In this document: one piece after another, positions 1-11,763 of the stretch
Layout of the letters: each line of letters starts with the position of its first letter
How positions within the stretch are numbered: position 1 is the first letter of the stretch
NCBI GenBank assembly: GCA_951406725.2
Contig: OX597819.1
Location: forward strand, 74,338,001-74,402,000
Length of the DNA stretch: 64,000 bases
Direction: 5' to 3'
Origin: Octopus vulgaris
Lineage: Eukaryota
The notes under the pieces: generated by a model
The model's database searches: none
What the model was told of the DNA's origin: nothing
The model's input: only the letters and a program-made list of their open reading frames with translations
Position numbers and translations under genes: made by a program

Positions 1-574
1 GTGTTTTTATAGAATCGCAAGGTGGTTGTGCTGGTTTGGTGGCTGCGTGGAAATGATGAACAACACCTCGTGAACAATTAGTAGAAGTTTTATTCACTGC
101 ACACAGTATTTCTCATGCTGTTCTTTAAATGAATACAAATAATAATTTATACTCACTGGGTGAGTCAAACTTTAAACAAAATAATTGGTTACTAATGCTC
201 TATGACTGCATTGTCACGTTTGGAGTAATATATTAATTTGAAAACAAAAAAATCTGTGGTTGTCAACTGCTTGGTTGAATAGGTAGTTATTAAAACAATT
301 GTTGCTATACCGTTTCTGCTCCGGTTGAAGAATGAAAGCAAAAATGAGAAAGCTGTTTTCTTTGCGGAGGTCTCCAATATTCTGAAGTTTTATCGCCCAA
401 AATTCCTATATTTATAATCCCTGTCAGAGGGGTTCTAGAAGATTCTGGAAAGCTGCATCGCGTGATGGTTTGATTCTGATTGGTAAGTTAATCGGCCGAT
501 CACGTGAAATGATTATGGGTATGTCGTAACTCTTACTCGGAAATTCAAAGATTCGGTTTCGTATCTGCCACACA

Positions 575-785
575 CCTTTCAAAAACACTTTCAGAGGAGA
601 AAAGAGAGAAAGACCGAAAACAACATGGCGCAGGCCATTCACAACCGACATGAGAGAGGCAAATATCATGTGTTTTGTATGATGGGTGCAGCGAAAACTG
701 CAGCCAACAGAAACCAGTAGCATCAACTTGCTGCCCAGTGAGCTCGGAGGCACAGGAGGAACTGAAGCTGAAATTGAACTCTGCA
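575..785 (+). mobile_element. RTE-clade LINE 3' end remnant
   Basis: Plus-strand translation gives GEKRERPKTTWRRPFTTDMREAN, then in another frame AKTAANRNQ*HQLAAQ*ARRHRRN*. This matches the RTE ORF C-terminal G-R..GRPK.TW / A.NR..W motif; stops and frameshifts present. Confidence 0.6.
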
Positions 786-1094
786 ACATATATTTTGTCT
801 GTGCTGTGTAACACTTGTAATGACATGTTTTTATTCCGTCTGTAATGATATCATCGATAACTTTCCACACAACAGTAGAAGTGGGTAACGCAGGCTTTTG
901 AAAAACATTTATTAATCGATAGTTAATGGGAAACCAAAATATCATGTTGCCGAAAATGCTTTGCTGAGAATTTTGGTGAATTTTGTGTCTTCAATTCTTT
1001 AACCGCTTCACAAAGACGGTAAAAGGATTTTAACGAATCTTACGACAGTACCGGTTTGAATTTAGATTTTAATCAAAGGATCGAATGAGACGGT

Positions 1095-1320
1095 GGAGGT
1101 GCACGGCTTAGTGGTTAGGGATAGTAAAATTGTGGTTTCCATTCCTAGACCGGGTGAGGTGTTGTGTTCTTGAGCAAAACACTTCATTTCACGTTGCCCC
1201 AGTCCACTCAGATGGCGAAGGTGAGTAACCCTGCGAGAGACCGGCGACCTTTCCCGGTGGGGGATTTATACGTCACGGAAACTGGAAACGGGTCCTATGA
1301 GTCTATTTGACTACACAAGG
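1095..1320 (+). mobile_element. tRNA-derived SINE (family B-like head)
   Basis: A-box-like GGCTTAGTGG, decayed B-box GTTTCCATTCC, body TTGAGCAAAACACTTCATTTCACGTTGCCCCAGTCCACTCAG. Related copies at about 10045, 42322, 49868, 50195 and 55705. Confidence 0.75.
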
Positions 1321-1712
1321 ATCTGCATCCTTTTTTATCCCCTGAAACGAAGGAAATACTTAGATCTACACATCTCACAAATACAGTTGTTTTGTTGTAA
1401 ATTTGGGTCGTCGAAGATAGAGTCACATTGTGAAAAGCAGTTTTTGTAATCCGGTTTAAATTACTATTTCTAATGAAATGTTTACAAATCTGGAGCGGAT
1501 TTTCTGTATAGACCAGTCAAATGCCCTAAAATTAGATGTTTCCCGTTGTATATATAGAAACAGAAAAAATATCAGTTACTAATCTCAGCCGAATTAGATG
1601 GCCATAATTTTATAGAGGGAAATGTCCAAACAGAAAATCACAAGTCCTCTATAACCTCACGTCTGTTGCTGACGATACCATCCTGGTATGCATACATACA
1701 TACATACATGTG

Positions 1713-1747
<35 letters not shown>

Positions 1748-1757
1748 GCACATGTAC

Positions 1758-1806
<49 letters not shown>

Positions 1807-1826
1807 AATCTATGTATATGAGCGTG

Positions 1827-1862
<36 letters not shown>

Positions 1863-2134
1863 ACGGATTTAGACTCTTGACAAGATGAGCATCCTCTTAA
1901 TGTCACTTAATGTTGGCACCAATAGTGTCTGTAAATGCATTGTGGGGAAAAAAGCTACTAATGGCTTCTTAGACTGGTAAACTGGCTTGCATCTTCAAAC
2001 AACCTTTCAGGTTCAATCCACAACGTTAGATATATTTAAAAACCAGGACGCTGTTCTATACATTCACATCTGTTGCTGACGATACCATCCTGGTATGCAC
2101 ACACGCATACAGAATACATACACACACGCACACA

Positions 2135-2253
<119 letters not shown>

Positions 2254-2839
2254 GAAAGTTGGTTTGTGAAAGCACGTGGGTGAATATATAAAAAATAGTA
2301 AAGAGTGAAAAAACGACAGAAGGCTTAAATGTTAAAAAATATATATATTTGCGTCAATATGTCTGAAGAATATTAGAAAATTAAAAAAAATTTTTTTCTC
2401 TTATAATGACATAATTTTTAAAGAAAGACCGGTTTCGCATTTAGCTTTTCAAATTTCTTGTGACGTTATGTTTATGTTGAATAGAGTTATCCTTGTGTTT
2501 ATGCTCGGAGAGTTCTAAATAAGGGAAGGTAGTGGGTGATTTCTTCCGGTGTAAGGGAGATAATCGCTTAAAAATTTTTTTCCTTTCCCTTAATGTGAAT
2601 TTCTCTGTATCAGTATGTTCGGATGGTTGAGTCTGGGCTTGTACTTTTCAATGAAGAATGTTTCCTTGTTTAGTCTAATTTGTGTTGATGATCCGAAAGC
2701 ACATTGGTAAAATGGAAAGATTAAAATTGTGGTAGTAGTTGCTTTGCGCATTTCTCAATGTGCTCACTAAAAGGTATCATTCTATATTCTGGGAATGCAA
2801 TCTGTTGTCGATGCAGTGTGCATCTACGTCTGAGTGATA

Positions 2840-3186
2840 TCAAGATCAAATCTAACTTTACTTGTGCCTCTGAAAACATAATTTATGTCATAAAATGCTC
2901 GGGCTGCCACCAAGACTACGTGGGTTCCACGGGACTATCACTCAGACGTAGATGCACACTGCATCGACAACAGATTGCATTCCCAGAATATAGAATGATA
3001 CCTTTTAGTGAGCACATTGAGAAATGCGCAAAGCAACTACTACCACAATTTTTAATCTTTCCATTTTACCAATGTGCTTTCGGATTATCAACACAAATTA
3101 GACTAAACAAGGAAACATTCTTCATTGAAAAGTACAAGCCCAGACTCAACCATCCGAACATACTGATACATAGAAATTCACATTAA
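2840..3186 (+). pseudogene. GIY-YIG endonuclease domain of a Penelope-like element (5'-truncated)
   Basis: FTCASENIIYVIKCSGCHQDYVGSTGLSLRRRCTLH...FSEHIEKC...RLNKETFFIEKYKPRLN shows the IIY/YVG motifs, CxxC, R, H, E and PxLN. The N-terminal 27 aa of ORF 2758..3186 come from the inverted arm. Confidence 0.9.
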
Positions 3187-3317
3187 GGGAAAGGAAAAAA
3201 ATTTTTTAAGCGATTATCTCCCTTACACCGGAAAAATCACCCACTACCTTCCCTTATTTAGAACTCTCCGGAGAATAAACACAAGGATAACTCTATTCAA
3301 CATAAACATAACGTCAC

Positions 3318-3356
3318 AAGAAATTTGAAAAGCTAAATGCGAAACCGGTTTTTCTT
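3318..3356 (+). ncRNA. Minimal type I hammerhead-like motif, U3-A8 core variant (inverted twin at 2421-2459, minus)
   Basis: AAGAAA-t-TTGAAAA-GC taaat GC-GAAA-CCGG-TT-TTTCTT; the twin copy has a GTC cleavage triplet. Stem III is palindromic ACCGGT. It lies in the PLE 3' region. Confidence 0.7.
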
Positions 3357-3486
3357 TAAAAATTATGTCATTATAAGAGAAAAAAATTTTTTTTTAAATT
3401 TTCTAATATTCTTCAGACATATTGACGCAAATATATATATTTTTTAACATTTAAGCCTTCTGTCGTTTTTTCACTCTTTACTATTA

Positions 3487-3574
<88 letters not shown>

Positions 3575-3617
3575 TTATATATACTTCTTTTATTAAAGCT
3601 GCAAAAACATCACAGAA

Positions 3618-3659
3618 AACTGTTACTCAGAGTTTCACGTTTCCATTCGTTGGACAGTT
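3618..3659 (-). ncRNA. Type I hammerhead-like motif with decayed core
   Basis: Minus strand reads AACTGT-CCAACGA-ATG gaaa CGT-GAAA-CTC t GAG-TA-ACAGTT. All three stems are present; core is CCAACGA versus canonical CUGANGA. Confidence 0.65.
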
Positions 3660-4669
3660 GTGCTCAAGACTAAAGAAGTCTCCATCATCTATCCCTAACT
3701 TTCAATGTCAATTTACTATTAAAAATTAGCTCTTTGCATTTCCTTCGGTTTCTGGCGATTTCTAAAAGAATGAAATGGTGCTATACATGATTACCTATGA
3801 CTAAATATTTTAAGATCCTTGTACTGAATTCGAAAAAATTAGATATGCATATGCTACACATCTTTTTGACTGGTCTTCGATTAAAAAGTGAAACTTTTAA
3901 TCCTTGTAAGATTTATCTAGAAATGATTATCGCCCTTACAATAATTGGTCAACGTGTTTTATTTTAAACTTGTCACTCTTTTGAGAATATGGCGACAATT
4001 TTTATATATTCTGTTTAACGAGTTAATTTCTGATAATGAAAATGTTGATGGTTTATTGGTTTATAATGTTAGGTAAGGCTCAAAAGAAATAATAATACAA
4101 ATAATACGGAAAAAAATCGTCCGTAAACAAATCCATGTTTTAGTCTCGAAGTTAAAGATATCAATGATTAGCAGTTGTCAATCATATTTAATTAATCTAA
4201 GATTTTTCCGATCAGGAAATTATGGATCTAGTGTTTAATCCTGAAAATCGAGATGCAGCAATTATTTTCCAATGAAGATGATGAGAGAAAACAAAGAATT
4301 GGAAAGGTATCTTTGTGGAAATCCCAAATGTACGTAGATGTGATTCTTTTATTATTTTATTCAAACCCAAGTTACTTCTATGAAACAAAATAAAAATAGA
4401 AAAGCATAAATTGTACGTATAATTTATACTGTGTCTTCAACAGCTATATCATTAGGATAAACGTTTTAAATATGCAATTACGTAATTGTGATACATAATT
4501 TTAATTAAATTAAATCAAAAGATGTGTTTATCCAAGTCATCGGAAATATGTGTTAAGTTAATGAAAACACCTTTATAGCTTGAACACAAAATATGAGTGA
4601 AATATTGTTTTTTAAATTGTTTTACTAAATCCATTGCTCTTACAGACGGATTTAGAGGATTATCTTCTA

Positions 4670-5115
4670 TCTTTTATCTTTTACTTGAAGAACTTTTAGT
4701 CGAATGAATCGACCCCACTACTTTTTTTAAAACCTGGTACTTATTCTATCGGAGTCTTTTGCCGAACCGCTAAGTTTAGGGGACGTAAACAAACCTACAC
4801 CAGTCGTCAAACGGTGGGTGGGGAGGGACAAATACAGACACGAATACGCACGCATATGCACACATACGTATATATATATATATATACATATATACATTCA
4901 TATATACATACATATATATATATATGCATACATATATATATATGTGTGTGTGTGTGTAAATTACGGGCTTCCACGTAGTTTCTATTTATCAAATTCACTC
5001 CTAAGGTATTGGCCGGCTCAGGTTTAGAATAGAACACAGATGCCCAACGTGCCACGCAGTGGAACAGAACCCGTGAGAAGGTGGTTGCAAAACAAGTTTC
5101 TTAACCATGCAACCT
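4670..5115 (-). mobile_element. tRNA-derived SINE family A (with internal microsatellite)
   Basis: Matches many copies: head ...CCACTGCGTGGCAC.., internal (TA)/(CA), body CTTAGCGGTTCGGCAAAAGA..GATAGAATAAGTAC. Confidence 0.75.
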
Positions 5116-5318
5116 ATATAAAAATGTTTTTCTTATGTTTTTAATTTTAAAGAATTTGTTTTCTGTCTTTTCTTCCTGACTAATTTATAATAAAGCATTT
5201 ATTTACTATTCTGCACTGGAGGTGTATGAGTTGCGATGTTTTTTTATTTCATTTTTAGTATTTCATTTTGTCTTTAATCTCATCAAAATAATAGTTGATT
5301 TTCACTCTTCCATTTCTT

Positions 5319-5354
5319 TCTTCTGATGAAGGACGAACGTCTGAAGCGTTAAGA
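5319..5354 (+). ncRNA. Minimal type I hammerhead-like motif (GAAG variant)
   Basis: TCTT-CTGATGA-A-GGAC gaac GTCT-GAAG-CG-TT-AAGA. Confidence 0.65.
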
Positions 5355-5536
5355 CACTTTCTCTTTCCATTAAAGAATTAAACTTTAAAAAAAAATTACG
5401 GAGATGTACTTGCATAGCAAGTGATTTGATCTGAGATCGTGTGCTGAAACGAAAACAATTGCAGCGTGGAAGGTGTTTGTAAGCCATTTAAGAACACACA
5501 AAAGCCGTTCGATTCACTTCAACATTTAAGTTTAAT

Positions 5537-5585
5537 TTGTCAAAATATTTTCGTCGATTTAAGACCACGACCTGTTCACTGGCAA
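5537..5585 (-). ncRNA. Minimal type I hammerhead-like motif, G3-C8 core variant
   Basis: Minus strand reads TTGCCA-GTGAACA-G-GTCG tggtcttaaat CGAC-GAAA-ATAT-TT-TGACAA. Stem III is palindromic AATATT; stem I has 5/6 pairs. Confidence 0.65.
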
Positions 5586-5720
5586 AAATCCGTGCTGCAT
5601 CTTATTTGTAAAACTGTAGTGTTCTTGTAAATATCTATTCTATACATACATACATACATACATACATACATACATACATACATACATACATACATACATA
5701 CATACATACATACATACATA

Positions 5721-5822
5721 CCCTGTTGATGTTGAAATGCCAATGAAGGAGCCTTGGATCTAAGTTAAAAACCGGCTCTTTCTCTATTGGCAAGAAATCT
5801 TGAAATTAACCTGAATAATGAT
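5721..5822 (+). mobile_element. Isolated 3' end of an R4/Dong-type LINE inside (TACA)n
   Basis: GGAGCCTTGGATCTAAGTTAAAAACCGGCTC resembles the 3' UTR GGAGCTTTGTATCTTTCTTAGAAACCAGTTCC at ~7128. A reverse-strand copy is at 52228-52300. Confidence 0.55.
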
Positions 5823-6021
5823 ATGCATACATACGTACGTACGCACATACGTACATAAATACATACATACATGCACACATACAAATACATGCATACATAT
5901 ATACATACATACTTACATGCATACATACATATATACATACATACTTACATGCATGCATACATACATACATACATACATACATACATACATACATACATAC
6001 ATACATGCACACATACATACA

Positions 6022-7200
6022 ATATGGCAGTCTGCACACTCCTCTTACAAGACAATATCCCACAATGCATTTGCAGTACCAGTCCTGATCCCAACATTTG
6101 AGATACTTAACTGGTCTGTAGAAAAAATCCACTCCATAGACAAGAAAACCCGTAAGATTCTAACATCAACTGGAAATCTCCACAAAATTAGTGATATCGA
6201 CAGGCCCTAGCTAAGAAGAGATTAAGGAGGTAGAGGCTTTGAGATCAAGTCAGACAGCCTTCGCATGTCGCATTGTCTCGTGCTGGAAGTGAGCTCCTCA
6301 AGAAGTACTCTCTTCCTGATGACCTCCAATACGAACCCATATTAGCCAGACTAGCATACCTCAAAGAAGATCTGGAAGTGAAACGCTCAGCATACAAAAA
6401 AAAATGTATGGGTATGTTTCCCGTAGACTTAAAGAAGATAGTAACATTGACATGAAGCAAAGCCTATCTTGAACTCGTGACCACAACATCACATTACAAT
6501 TCGAAAGCAGTGCATTTGCAATCCAAGAACAGGAGATTGCTACTAAATATCAAAAGAGACAGCGAAGCCTTTGGAATTCCAAGATGCAAGTGTAAATGTA
6601 GACTATGTCATATTTCTGAGGAAGACATCACACGTGATTAGTAGCTGCCCAAAAATGTCGTGGAGGGACGACCTCCTTATGCGATATGATGTTGCAAAAA
6701 CAATGGACAATGACATTCGGGAAAAAGACTGTCCTGTAATAAATAAAGAGAATCCTCCTGTTATTGAATACGTGCACAAATATTATCTCAAAGAAAACTG
6801 GTGGAATATTCCTATCAAAACATATGTCAAGTGTAAGCATAAGATGCCGGATATTGTTATTTGGGACAGACCAGAAAAAGTATGTACAATCATAGAGGTC
6901 AGCTGTCGTGCTGATATGAATATCTCTTTGGAAGTCAAAGAGAAAGAAGATAACTATGGACAACTGCTTCGAAACCTCCAGCTTCTAAATCCGGATTACA
7001 AATTTATATTTATATCGATAATGATTGGAGCATTTGGTTATGTAAGTAAATGTTTGTCAGTCTAGATGAGCTTGGATTTTCAGAAAAAGAAACCAACCAA
7101 CTGATTGGCACATTACAAATTAAAGATGGAGCTTTGTATCTTTCTTAGAAACCAGTTCCTTATTCAGAAGAAGAATTTAAGTAATTAAATATAGAAGTGA
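6022..7200 (+). mobile_element. R4/Dong-clade non-LTR retrotransposon remnant with restriction-like endonuclease
   Basis: HNAFAVPVLIPTFEILNWSVEKIHSIDKKTRKILT...SDIDRP*LRRD*GGRG, zinc knuckle CRLCHISEEDITHVISSC, and RLE motif PDIVIWD...IIEVSC..D...KEKEDNY. Frameshifted. A related fragment (GELLRNLQLLNPDYKF) is at ~11950-12020. Confidence 0.85.
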
Positions 7201-8067
7201 ACGTACGTATATACATACATATATACATACATACAGCTTCACTGACACACAGGCACACACAAGCGCGCGCACACACACATATACACATATACAGAGGGCT
7301 ATGCTCCCCGAAATGTGTATATAGTTGTGGTATTGCATTCATTTCAAGAGACTCTTTAAACAGGCCTGCTTGTGTGCGTGGTTGTACAAATGTTTAGATG
7401 AGGAAACACGAGACACTTAAGTACAACGGGAAAGTGAATCCGATAGACTATCACTTGTGTAAATATACGCTGGAGGAGAATCCATAGCCAGACTGTTGTA
7501 GGTGGATGAGCTGTGTGTGCGCGTGTGTGTGTGAGTGTATGTGTATGTGTGTGTATGTGTGTGTGTGTGTGTGTGTGTGAATGTGTGTGTATGTGTGGAT
7601 GTGTGTGGAAATGTGTATGCGCAAAAGTGTTAGTGTATGTGTGGATGTATGTGTGAGTGTGTGTATGTATCTATGTGTTTGTGTGTGTCTATGTGTGTGT
7701 GCGTGGGAGTGTGTGTGTATGTGCGTATGTGTGTGTATGTGTGTGGATGTGTGGATGTGTGTACGTTACTGTGTATGTGCGTGTGTATATGTCTGTATGT
7801 ACAATAGTGTGTGTATGTGTATGTGTGTATATGTAGGGATGTGTGTGTATGTGTATGTGTGTATATGTAGGGATGTGTGTGTATGTGTATGTGTGCATAT
7901 GTAGGGATGTGTGTGTACTTGCGAGTAATCTGTAGCGTTGAGGACATGTATGCGTCCTTGTACAAATAATGATATGGCCAGGAAATCTCTAAAATTTTAT
8001 TGAACTTTTGGATTTTAGATTATGCACTAAAAGACGATAAGTTTATCTGTTCTGTCAGTCTGTCTAT

Positions 8068-8136
<69 letters not shown>

Positions 8137-8178
8137 CATCTCTATCCATCTACCTATCTAGCTAGCTAGCTAGCTATC

Positions 8179-8216
<38 letters not shown>

Positions 8217-8272
8217 CATACATACATATGTGTGTATGCATGTATGTATGTATGTATGTATGTATGTATGAA

Positions 8273-8303
<31 letters not shown>

Positions 8304-8395
8304 ACCTATCTATCTACCAACCTATCCATCAATCTATATATATATATACACACATATAATACGCTACGTGTCTTTGTATATATTATTATACACAT

Positions 8396-8450
<55 letters not shown>

Positions 8451-9419
8451 GTGTGCGTGTGCGCGTGTGCGTATGTGCGTGTTCCATTAGGCCTTCAGTT
8501 ATCTATTCACCAACGGATTGAGTTATCTCAGCCATATTTGCACGTTACTTACCTCATCTTATTATTATTATTTTTTTGTAAATAATCTTTTTCTTATTGT
8601 TTCGATATCATTTTTTGTTCTGCTTCTTGTATTTCAATTCAATATGAATGAAGTCATGTTTCGTAAATTACAGTAATTTACTCCGAGACATTTCATAAAC
8701 ATTTATCATTGAGTCATTACTTAGCAAACGGCCACACATACAACGAGACAATGGCGAGAGATTTACGTTTGTTTCGATTTCAATGTAGAGAACAGAAAAC
8801 TTTGTTAAGATCATAGAAGTGATCCAAATAATAGATCACGATAAGAGGATTAATACAAACACACGGCCTAATGTTTTGCAAGTCATTCAGTGCAGCTCAG
8901 ACATCTTTTCTTTCTCTTATATATACATGTGTGTATGTATGTATGCGTTTATGTATGTATGTATGTATGTATGTATGAATGTATGAGTGTATGCGTTTAT
9001 GTATGTATGTATGTATGTATGTATGTATGTATGAATGTATGTATGTATGAATGTATGAGTATGAATGTGTTGATGTATGTACTTGTATTAATGCATGTAA
9101 GCATATACGCGTGTATGTATGTATATATGTACATATATAGGTATATATATGAATACACATACACAAACACACGCATATATACATATATATATATATATAT
9201 AATCAATGCTGTACAAATATGTGAGTGTGTGTGTGTGTGTGTGCGTGTGAGTAAATATTTGTACAACACTGATTAGTTTAGGATTGTTCTAACGGTACAG
9301 ATTAAAAGACGCTTGAATGAGATCTGGGTGTGGGAATGTTCCCTGGTATATGATCTTACACACACACACAATTACTCACACACACACATACTCACAATTA
9401 CACATACATACACACACAG

Positions 9420-10575
9420 TGTTCGAGCTAAAGAGCTCAAGTTGAAGATTCTTTTTGTCTCCTCTCTTTGACGAACAGCTTGATGTATTTGTGAAGAGTT
9501 GGAGAGCATAATGATTAAAGTTGTGGTTGAGAACAAGCTGAATATTGGCCATTTGAACATTGGAAAAGAGTTGCCCGTATCTTGAGGATTCGCACCGATT
9601 ACCAAAATGCTGACATCATGGCTGCTGCTCAATTCTCTGTAAAACCTGTAAAGGCTGAAAGATGTGACCTAGAGACAGCTGCAACAGAGACTACGAAACC
9701 GTGACAAGCAGGAAGGATCACAGCAGGCGTCCTGACCGCATCTTCACGCCTGGATCCATCCAAAATTTGCAGAAACAGGGCCTTAGGCCCAATTCAGACG
9801 GTTATGTGAAGCTGTTGGAGACTGTAATCAAACCCTGGCTGGAGAAGATTGCTGCTGGAAAGCCATATGTCTGGAAGCAGGGTTCGTCTCCTTGTCATAC
9901 CTCCGAAAACAGTCAGAACTGGTTGCTGGAGAATTTCTACATTATCAGCTCCAGTTTCCGCCTTCCTAATCCTCCTCATTGTAATCCCATGGTTTATTCT
10001 GTGTGGCACAATGTTGAGAAAGGCACTAACCACTCGGCCTGCAAAGAAGGCACATGGCCTGGTTGTTACGGTATTCGACTCATTATCATAAAATTGTGAT
10101 TTCGATTCCCGGCGGTACGCTCTGTCTTTATTTCACGTTATTTCACTTTATTTCACGTTGCCCCAGTCCACTCATCAGGCAAAAAATGAGTTGTATCTGT
10201 AATTCAAAGGGCCAGCTTTCTTACGTTTTGTGTCATGCTGAATCTCCCCGAGAACTGCGTTAAGGGTACATGCGCCTATGGAGTGCTCAGCCACTTGCAT
10301 GTTAATTTCACGAGATGGCTGTTCCGTTGATCAGATCAACTGGAACTCTACCTGCAATACCAAGGCTGCGATGGTGACCAAGATCGAGGAGGCGTTCGAA
10401 GATGTTTCCAGGGACACAGTGAAGAACGCATGCACCAGGTTCCGGAGCCGCTTTGAGGCCATGGTGGTGGAAGCTCAACGGTCTTTCCAGGGATACAGTG
10501 AGGAGCGCATGCACCAGGTTCCGGTGCCGTCTTGAGGCCATGGTGGTGGAAGCTCAGGGCGGCTACTTCTGAGTA
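9420..10575 (+). mobile_element. Tc1/mariner (maT/DD37D-like) transposase relic interrupted by a SINE
   Basis: NSDGYVKLLETVIKPWL...KQGSSPCHTS..SQNWL..N...PNPPHCNPMVYSVW..VE..TN, resuming CNTKAAMVTKIEEAF...NACTRFRSRFEAMV. SINE at ~10045-10345 with an imperfect TSD ACTC..CCTGCAA; catalytic Asp residues lost. Confidence 0.75.
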
Positions 10576-11338
10576 AACTATTATATTCTTATTTGCATAT
10601 TCGTATTTCTTTCTGTATCTTTTAGGAAAAACATTTATGTGCAGAGGGCGCTGCTGAATTCCGTCTCTGAAGGCAGGAGTCGATCTCGCAGCAAACGGTG
10701 AAGCAGCTCTGTAGGTGTTCCGGCCTCAGCCACTGCAACTCCAGAGCTGTGGGGTCCACTCACACAACAGTATGAGCTTTGCTGAGTCAGATGTTGTGAC
10801 TCTTGGCCAGATATTTCTCTTATCTCCCATGCGCCATCTTGCTCGTCCTCCCTTCCCTAAGCTAGATGTAACGACTAGCTCCCTCGGAGGCTGACAACAG
10901 TTTTTTGGCAACATCTTTTCTTCGCTACTTCTTCAAGATTCCTGAACATTGAATGAACCCTGCTAACAACAAATCCCCTAGCATCTGTTTAATCTAGCAC
11001 TTAAATAATTGTTAGGTTACATCTCAACCAGGGGTCACAAAACTGAAGGCACTCGATTTGAAGATTGTTGAATTTCAATCAGTTTCGCTGTTGTTAGAAC
11101 CACAGCTCCTTGGGTTCTGAGTTCGCACTCCGCCAAGGTACTCAAATCCATCCAAGATAGAATAAGTACTAGGCTTACTCTTTGTAAGCCTAGTACTTAT
11201 TCTATCGGTCTCTTTCGCCAAACCGCTAGCTTACAGGGATGTAAACACACCGACATGGTTGTCAATCCATGATGGGTGGACAATCACAGACACACAAACA
11301 TATACACACATACATACATATACACACATGTATGCATA

Positions 11339-11382
<44 letters not shown>

Positions 11383-11395
11383 CATAATACATATA

Positions 11396-11477
<82 letters not shown>

Positions 11478-11571
11478 ATATATGTTTGTTATGGAAAGAT
11501 GAATTATCTTGTTACGGATTATTATATAAAAGGAATTCTGTAGAATCTTCGTTCAGCTATTTCTTCCATTA

Positions 11572-11644
<73 letters not shown>

Positions 11645-11763
11645 GACGGGCTTCTTTCAGTTTCCGTCTATCAAATCCACTCACAAGGCTTTGGTAGTCC
11701 CGAGGCTATAGTAGAAGACACCTGCCCAAGGTGCCACATGTTTATTATTCTTAAGAATATTAT

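Larger units (their letters stand above)
2294..3485. mobile_element. Penelope-like element, two 5'-truncated copies in head-to-head inverted arrangement
   Basis: 2294-2839 is a near-perfect reverse complement of 2936-3485, with a ~96 bp spacer. It contains a GIY-YIG ORF and a 3' hammerhead-like motif and is flanked by (TA)n/(TAGA)n. Confidence 0.9.

Noticed and set aside
424-945. 173-aa minus-strand ORF as a host gene
   Set aside because: No recognisable domain; the plus strand is better explained as an RTE 3' remnant.
5745-5790. GGAGCCTTGGATCTAAGTTAAAAACCGGCTC as a hammerhead
   Set aside because: No valid core or NUH triplet; it matches the 3' UTR of the R4-type LINE.
10645-10920. GC-richer block with a 62-aa minus ORF
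   Set aside because: Possibly an old LINE fragment, but there is no motif I can assign.
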